From positions 128,001 to 192,000 of the forward strand of contig CAXXFF010000001.1 in assembly GCA_963676835.2 (NCBI GenBank): a stretch of 64,000 bases of DNA, written 5' to 3'. The stretch's first letter is position 1, and each line of letters starts with the position of its first letter. Below the pieces are notes generated by a model that did no database searches, was not told where the DNA came from, and saw only the letters and a list, made by a program, of their open reading frames with translations. Shown in pieces: positions 60,032-64,000 of the stretch. This DNA comes from Marispirochaeta sp. (GTDB taxonomy: Bacteria > Spirochaetota > Spirochaetia > JC444 > Marispirochaetaceae). The position numbers and the translations under genes were made by a program.

Positions 60032-61789
60032 TTAGATCATGTTATCGGTTTTCAGATATGTACCGATCTGCATTGAAGATTCGAGAAAACCTGCCTTTCG
60101 TTTCTTGATTATCATCTGAAGAAGGGCTATCCCTTTTTCATTGTCTATTTTCAATCCACGCCACAAAAAGGGGTCATTTGCAGATAAACCGGTTTCGTCG
60201 GCCACCGAACCGGGATAGACTTTTTGTATTACAAAACTCTCTTCCCATAGAGTTGATCCGGTCGATTTTATTTCCATACCGAACAGGGGCAGAACCAGTT
60301 CCTCTTCAGCCACCCTTGCGGCAACTGCGGACACAGGAGATTCAGGCCTGTCAGCAAGCACAAAGAAACGATTAATAATAGTGCCATCCCCGCGGGACCA
60401 GGTTGATGTTATTGAATCTCCAGGACGCATACCTACCAGTATTTCATGAGCGTCCCGCAGACTGCTGATCTTTCTACCGCCAAGTTCGTTCAGAATATCA
60501 CCGGTCTCAATTCCAGCCCGGGCTGCCGGATATCCGGGAAAGGGATAGAGGCAGGTTAGCCCGTTATCGCTTTCATACATTGATGCGCCCAGCCAGGAAT
60601 GGATGATTTCGCCTCCATCATACAAGCGGGGGAGAATTTTAAGCATCCAGTAGGAGGGAATGGCAAAATTGATGCCTTCGAATGTTTCAATACCGGCGAA
60701 TACCACCCCCACAAGTTCACCATTTTCATTTAACAGAGGCCCGCCACTATTCCCCTGATTGATAGGCACGTCAATCTGCATGGCATCACCAATCTGAAGC
60801 AGCCGGCGGTCTACTGCAGACACTATTCCGGAGGTTATGGTCTTTTCCAATCCACCTGGAGAACCAATAGCATATATGGGTTCTCCAAGCTTCAATTTAC
60901 CCAGGGCGGGAGTAAAGGTGTATTCGGGTTCAATTTCAGCTTTCAACAGGGCAATATCGAGAACAGGATCCCAGCCTATAACCTTGGCAGGAATTTTATT
61001 TCCGCTTACCCCGGAAGGACGGATATACAGACGACTGAACCCTTCGTATTCCGGATTCACTTCGCTTTCGATTACATGATAGTTGGTAATAAGATAGCCG
61101 CTTTTATCAATAAAAAATCCGCTCCCGATAACCCTGTCGGGATAGCCCATTCCTCCCTGTATTTTTATGCCACGGTTCACCCATATAGTTACTGTAGACT
61201 CAACAATCCCGGGGAGATCTTCTCTGATGGAGGTGGAAGCTGCATTTGCTGAACCCTGTCCCAGAGATGAGGACCAAAGGGAATACCCCGCCTCTGCAGC
61301 ATCGGAGGAGACAGCTTCCAGCAGTTCCGGATCAATATCTACACTTCCAGAGTAATCTGCCAACTGTGCATAGGCGGCGACATGCTGCTTTTCCTCGAGC
61401 AGAGAATAGATCTGCTGATTGGCGAGCCCTGCTTCTGTAACACCCTCAATCACAAGCCCCACAGATTCTGCCGCCCGTAACAGTCTCAGGGCGATTCGGT
61501 AATCCGACGAAGCATCTGCAGCTGAAATTTGATCGTGAAGCATTGTTTTCAGCTTTTCACGGTTTTTCTCAAGTTCTGACTGACTGATGAGCTCCCGATG
61601 GAAAAGATTATCATTGATCTCCCATGCTTCAAGAACATTTCCTTCGGCGATTTCACTCTCCAGGGAGGCTATGTTATATTCCCGCACATCAGGAACCTGA
61701 CTGTCCGCCCTTTGAGGGCCGGAACTGCAGGAAAGAAGAATAAGAGTCAGAAAAAAAGCTGCGGAGTAATGTAATTTGCTCAGATGCAT
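60032..61789 (-). CDS. Trypsin-like (S1C/HtrA) serine protease with PDZ, lipoprotein
   Basis: Lipobox LLSC; GSGF, TNYHV, DIALL, GNSGGP. Confidence 0.9.
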   Translation of the reverse strand: MHLSKLHYSAAFFLTLILLSCSSGPQRADSQVPDVREYNIASLESEIAEGNVLEAWEINDNLFHRELISQSELEKNREKLKTMLHDQISAADASSDYRIALRLLRAAESVGLVIEGVTEAGLANQQIYSLLEEKQHVAAYAQLADYSGSVDIDPELLEAVSSDAAEAGYSLWSSSLGQGSANAASTSIREDLPGIVESTVTIWVNRGIKIQGGMGYPDRVIGSGFFIDKSGYLITNYHVIESEVNPEYEGFSRLYIRPSGVSGNKIPAKVIGWDPVLDIALLKAEIEPEYTFTPALGKLKLGEPIYAIGSPGGLEKTITSGIVSAVDRRLLQIGDAMQIDVPINQGNSGGPLLNENGELVGVVFAGIETFEGINFAIPSYWMLKILPRLYDGGEIIHSWLGASMYESDNGLTCLYPFPGYPAARAGIETGDILNELGGRKISSLRDAHEILVGMRPGDSITSTWSRGDGTIINRFFVLADRPESPVSAVAARVAEEELVLPLFGMEIKSTGSTLWEESFVIQKVYPGSVADETGLSANDPFLWRGLKIDNEKGIALLQMIIKKRKAGFLESSMQIGTYLKTDNMI

Positions 61790-61812
61790 AGCATGATGTC
61801 CTCTGGATATAA

Positions 61813-63387
61813 TCATTCAGCGGAGGCTGGATATTCCAACCATGTCCACTGCTCATTTCCGTTGCTGCTGGAATAACTGTAGTCGACAACACCATCACTG
61901 TTATAATCAAGATCTATTCGGGTGCCGTCGGCGGAATCATAAGTTTCTACAATTTCATAGATACCATCGTTATCCAGATCTCTTTCGATTTTTCTATATG
62001 TATCCGTTTCAACGGTACGGATCAGTCCTTCATTATTCATCATAAGCGGAGGTCTGCTGTTTCTGCGAACCACTGACGCTTTTTCCAGGTTTTCTTCTGA
62101 ATAATAGGCCGCTTCCTCCATTTCGGAATATGCGGGAAATACAGCGGGCTTAATCCGGACCGCCAGGGGCCCTGGAAAATAGGAAACAGCAGGAACAGCA
62201 AACCTCCCCGGTGCCAACAGGATCTTTCCGGTCCCATCAGGCCAATCAGCTTCCACACTGCTTACGGAAGGGTACTTTCCATAGTGATATATATAAGATT
62301 CACCGTCTTTGAACACAGACACCTTCTGAACAGAAGGGATAGATCCGCTTTGAAGATTTTCTGAAATAAAATCCACACGATAGTCGATGATACCATCCTG
62401 ATCCAGATCTATTGAATAATCAACAACAGTACCGTTAGCAAGGGTATAGTACTCTTCAACATAGCCGTCATTATTGTTATCGCCCTGCACTACAATGGTT
62501 TTTCCCTCAAGAAACTCCCAGAAAACCTCAATTTGCTGATAACGGTTATACAGAGCCATTATTCTGTTGAAATAGTTAAGCCTGGTAAGAAATGTCTCGT
62601 TTAATAATGGAGACAGATCGTACTCTTTTTCCGGAAAAAGTACTGCGTCCTCTGCAGTTAATATTTCAGCCTCCAGAGCGTGATAACCGGATTTACCTAC
62701 TTCACCAAGAAGAAAATCCCTGACAGATGAATCTGAGGCTGCCGCAAGAGATGCAACGACCTCCTGATCCGGAAGATCCACAGCTGCTGAGGAGAAATAA
62801 TTCTGAATCAGCATATCTGCATAATCCGGATCAATTTTGACACGGAAAATAACCAGAGCGGAGTCCAGAGGAAAAAGCGCGGTTCCCTCTTCAAGATATA
62901 TACGAGCCTGATCAACTTTATCCTGCTTAAACAAAGACCGGGCCGCATAGTAGTACCAGTCTGCACTGCGGATAATATCTTCCGGCAGATCATGCATAAG
63001 GGCATCCAGCCTGTCATACTGCATAAGCTGATCAAATATTCCGGCAAGCTTTATTCTGCAATCTTCTCTGCTGCAGAGTTTCCATGCCCCTTTGGAGTAT
63101 GCCTTCTCAAGAACACCGGCGGTTTCATGAAGAGATACCCCCTCTTTACCCTGCTGCGTCAAACCATAGACAAATCCGGCATCACCGTTTAACGGGTAAA
63201 ACTCGAGAGCGATTTCTGCCAGATCAACCGCTGAGGGGTTACCTTCCTCAAAAAGAGAGACAGCTATGTCGGAATAAACGAAGGAAAGAGATTTATCGTG
63301 CTCCGGAAACGTTTCACCGCCGAGATGAAAACAGACAAGTATAAAGAGCAGCAGAACTGTAAATAACCTTTTTTCAGTCCTCATCAT
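61813..63387 (-). CDS. Exported hypothetical protein with TPR-like and D.D.DG repeats
   Basis: Signal peptide; helical TPR-like region; DNNNDG, DLDQDG, DLDNDG, DYNSDG. Confidence 0.7.
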   Translation of the reverse strand: MMRTEKRLFTVLLLFILVCFHLGGETFPEHDKSLSFVYSDIAVSLFEEGNPSAVDLAEIALEFYPLNGDAGFVYGLTQQGKEGVSLHETAGVLEKAYSKGAWKLCSREDCRIKLAGIFDQLMQYDRLDALMHDLPEDIIRSADWYYYAARSLFKQDKVDQARIYLEEGTALFPLDSALVIFRVKIDPDYADMLIQNYFSSAAVDLPDQEVVASLAAASDSSVRDFLLGEVGKSGYHALEAEILTAEDAVLFPEKEYDLSPLLNETFLTRLNYFNRIMALYNRYQQIEVFWEFLEGKTIVVQGDNNNDGYVEEYYTLANGTVVDYSIDLDQDGIIDYRVDFISENLQSGSIPSVQKVSVFKDGESYIYHYGKYPSVSSVEADWPDGTGKILLAPGRFAVPAVSYFPGPLAVRIKPAVFPAYSEMEEAAYYSEENLEKASVVRRNSRPPLMMNNEGLIRTVETDTYRKIERDLDNDGIYEIVETYDSADGTRIDLDYNSDGVVDYSYSSSNGNEQWTWLEYPASAE

Positions 63388-64000
63388 CCGTTAGTTTTGT
63401 ACTGTTACTTATATTTTTATCAAGCCCAAGAAGCTCTCTGACTTCCCTGTCATCCAGGCTTTCTCTGGCCACAAGAGCTTCCGCAAGAATAGTCAGCTGA
63501 TCCCGGTTGCTGTTCAGTATTTCCTGTACTTCTCTCAGGCAGTCACTCAGTATACTGTGAATTTCAAAATCAATTTTTCTGGCAGTATCATCGGAGTAAT
63601 CCTGATGCCGGGCAATCTCTTTTCCCAGAAAAATCGGTTCCTCTTCGCCGCCGTAGGTAACAAAGCCCAGGCTGTCGCTCATTCCCCACTCGCACACCAT
63701 CCGGCGTGCAATTTTGGTAGCCTGCTCAATATCGTTTTTTGTTCCCGTGGTAGTCTGATTGTAGACAAGCTTTTCTGCGACATAGCCGCCCATGGCAATT
63801 TTAATTCTGTCAAGCAGCCAATCCCGATTTCGGGAGTAAGTCTCTTTTTCGGGAAGACTCATAGCAAGGCCAAGAGCCTGTCCATGGGGAATAACCGTGA
63901 CCTTATGCAGAGGGTCTGCATTCTCAAGGTGATAATGCAAAAGCGCATGACCTGCCTCATGATAGGCTGTCATCAGTTTGTCATCTGCAGATATCACCCT
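63374..64000 (-). CDS. ftsH: ATP-dependent zinc metalloprotease FtsH (C-terminal part, truncated by window)
   Basis: TAYHEAGHA, GG..AE, TTG..NDI..AT, WGMS. Confidence 0.95.
   Translation of the reverse strand, partial: RVISADDKLMTAYHEAGHALLHYHLENADPLHKVTVIPHGQALGLAMSLPEKETYSRNRDWLLDRIKIAMGGYVAEKLVYNQTTTGTKNDIEQATKIARRMVCEWGMSDSLGFVTYGGEEEPIFLGKEIARHQDYSDDTARKIDFEIHSILSDCLREVQEILNSNRDQLTILAEALVARESLDDREVRELLGLDKNISNSTKLTDDED

Noticed and set aside
59768..60076. 102-aa plus-strand ORF, or a hidden cheY
   Set aside because: No REC motifs; it overlaps both flanking minus-strand genes

Overview
Bacterial chromosome segment, most likely a free-living spirochaete (Spirochaetaceae-like; inferred from gene content, not from a search). 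Most of it is housekeeping and signalling genes: rluD, yggS, pdxST, two tandem EF-G paralogues, an MCP, citrate synthase, trmB, ptsP, mfd, a radical SAM gene, lepA, two-component genes, cheA/R/B, an HtrA-like protease, the 3' end of ftsH, and four tRNAs (Val, Asn, Pro, Asp). The standout is an ~11.3 kb element integrated in tRNA-Val(TAC), bounded by perfect 48-bp direct repeats (8389-8436 and 19680-19727). It has a phage-satellite (PICI-like) layout with all intact genes on one strand: tyrosine integrase, accessory ORFs, AlpA/Xis-like HTH, a degenerate Prim-Pol-like ORF and an AAA helicase with an iteron cluster in its 3' end. Its structural kit is unusual: a tail tape-measure protein, a cos-like intergenic site, a stand-alone scaffold-like ORF, a decoration protein, a lambda gpE-type major capsid protein and a ClpP-type protease, but no recognisable portal, terminase or other tail gene. 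Its left end carries extra copies of the integrase core site and a candidate anti-Shine-Dalgarno sRNA. A second notable locus next to tRNA-Asn encodes a Ser/Thr kinase, a phosphatase, two FHA proteins (one with vWA) and a divergent pair of paralogues of an unrecognised domain, one fused to HU. All protein family calls come from motif recognition by eye.
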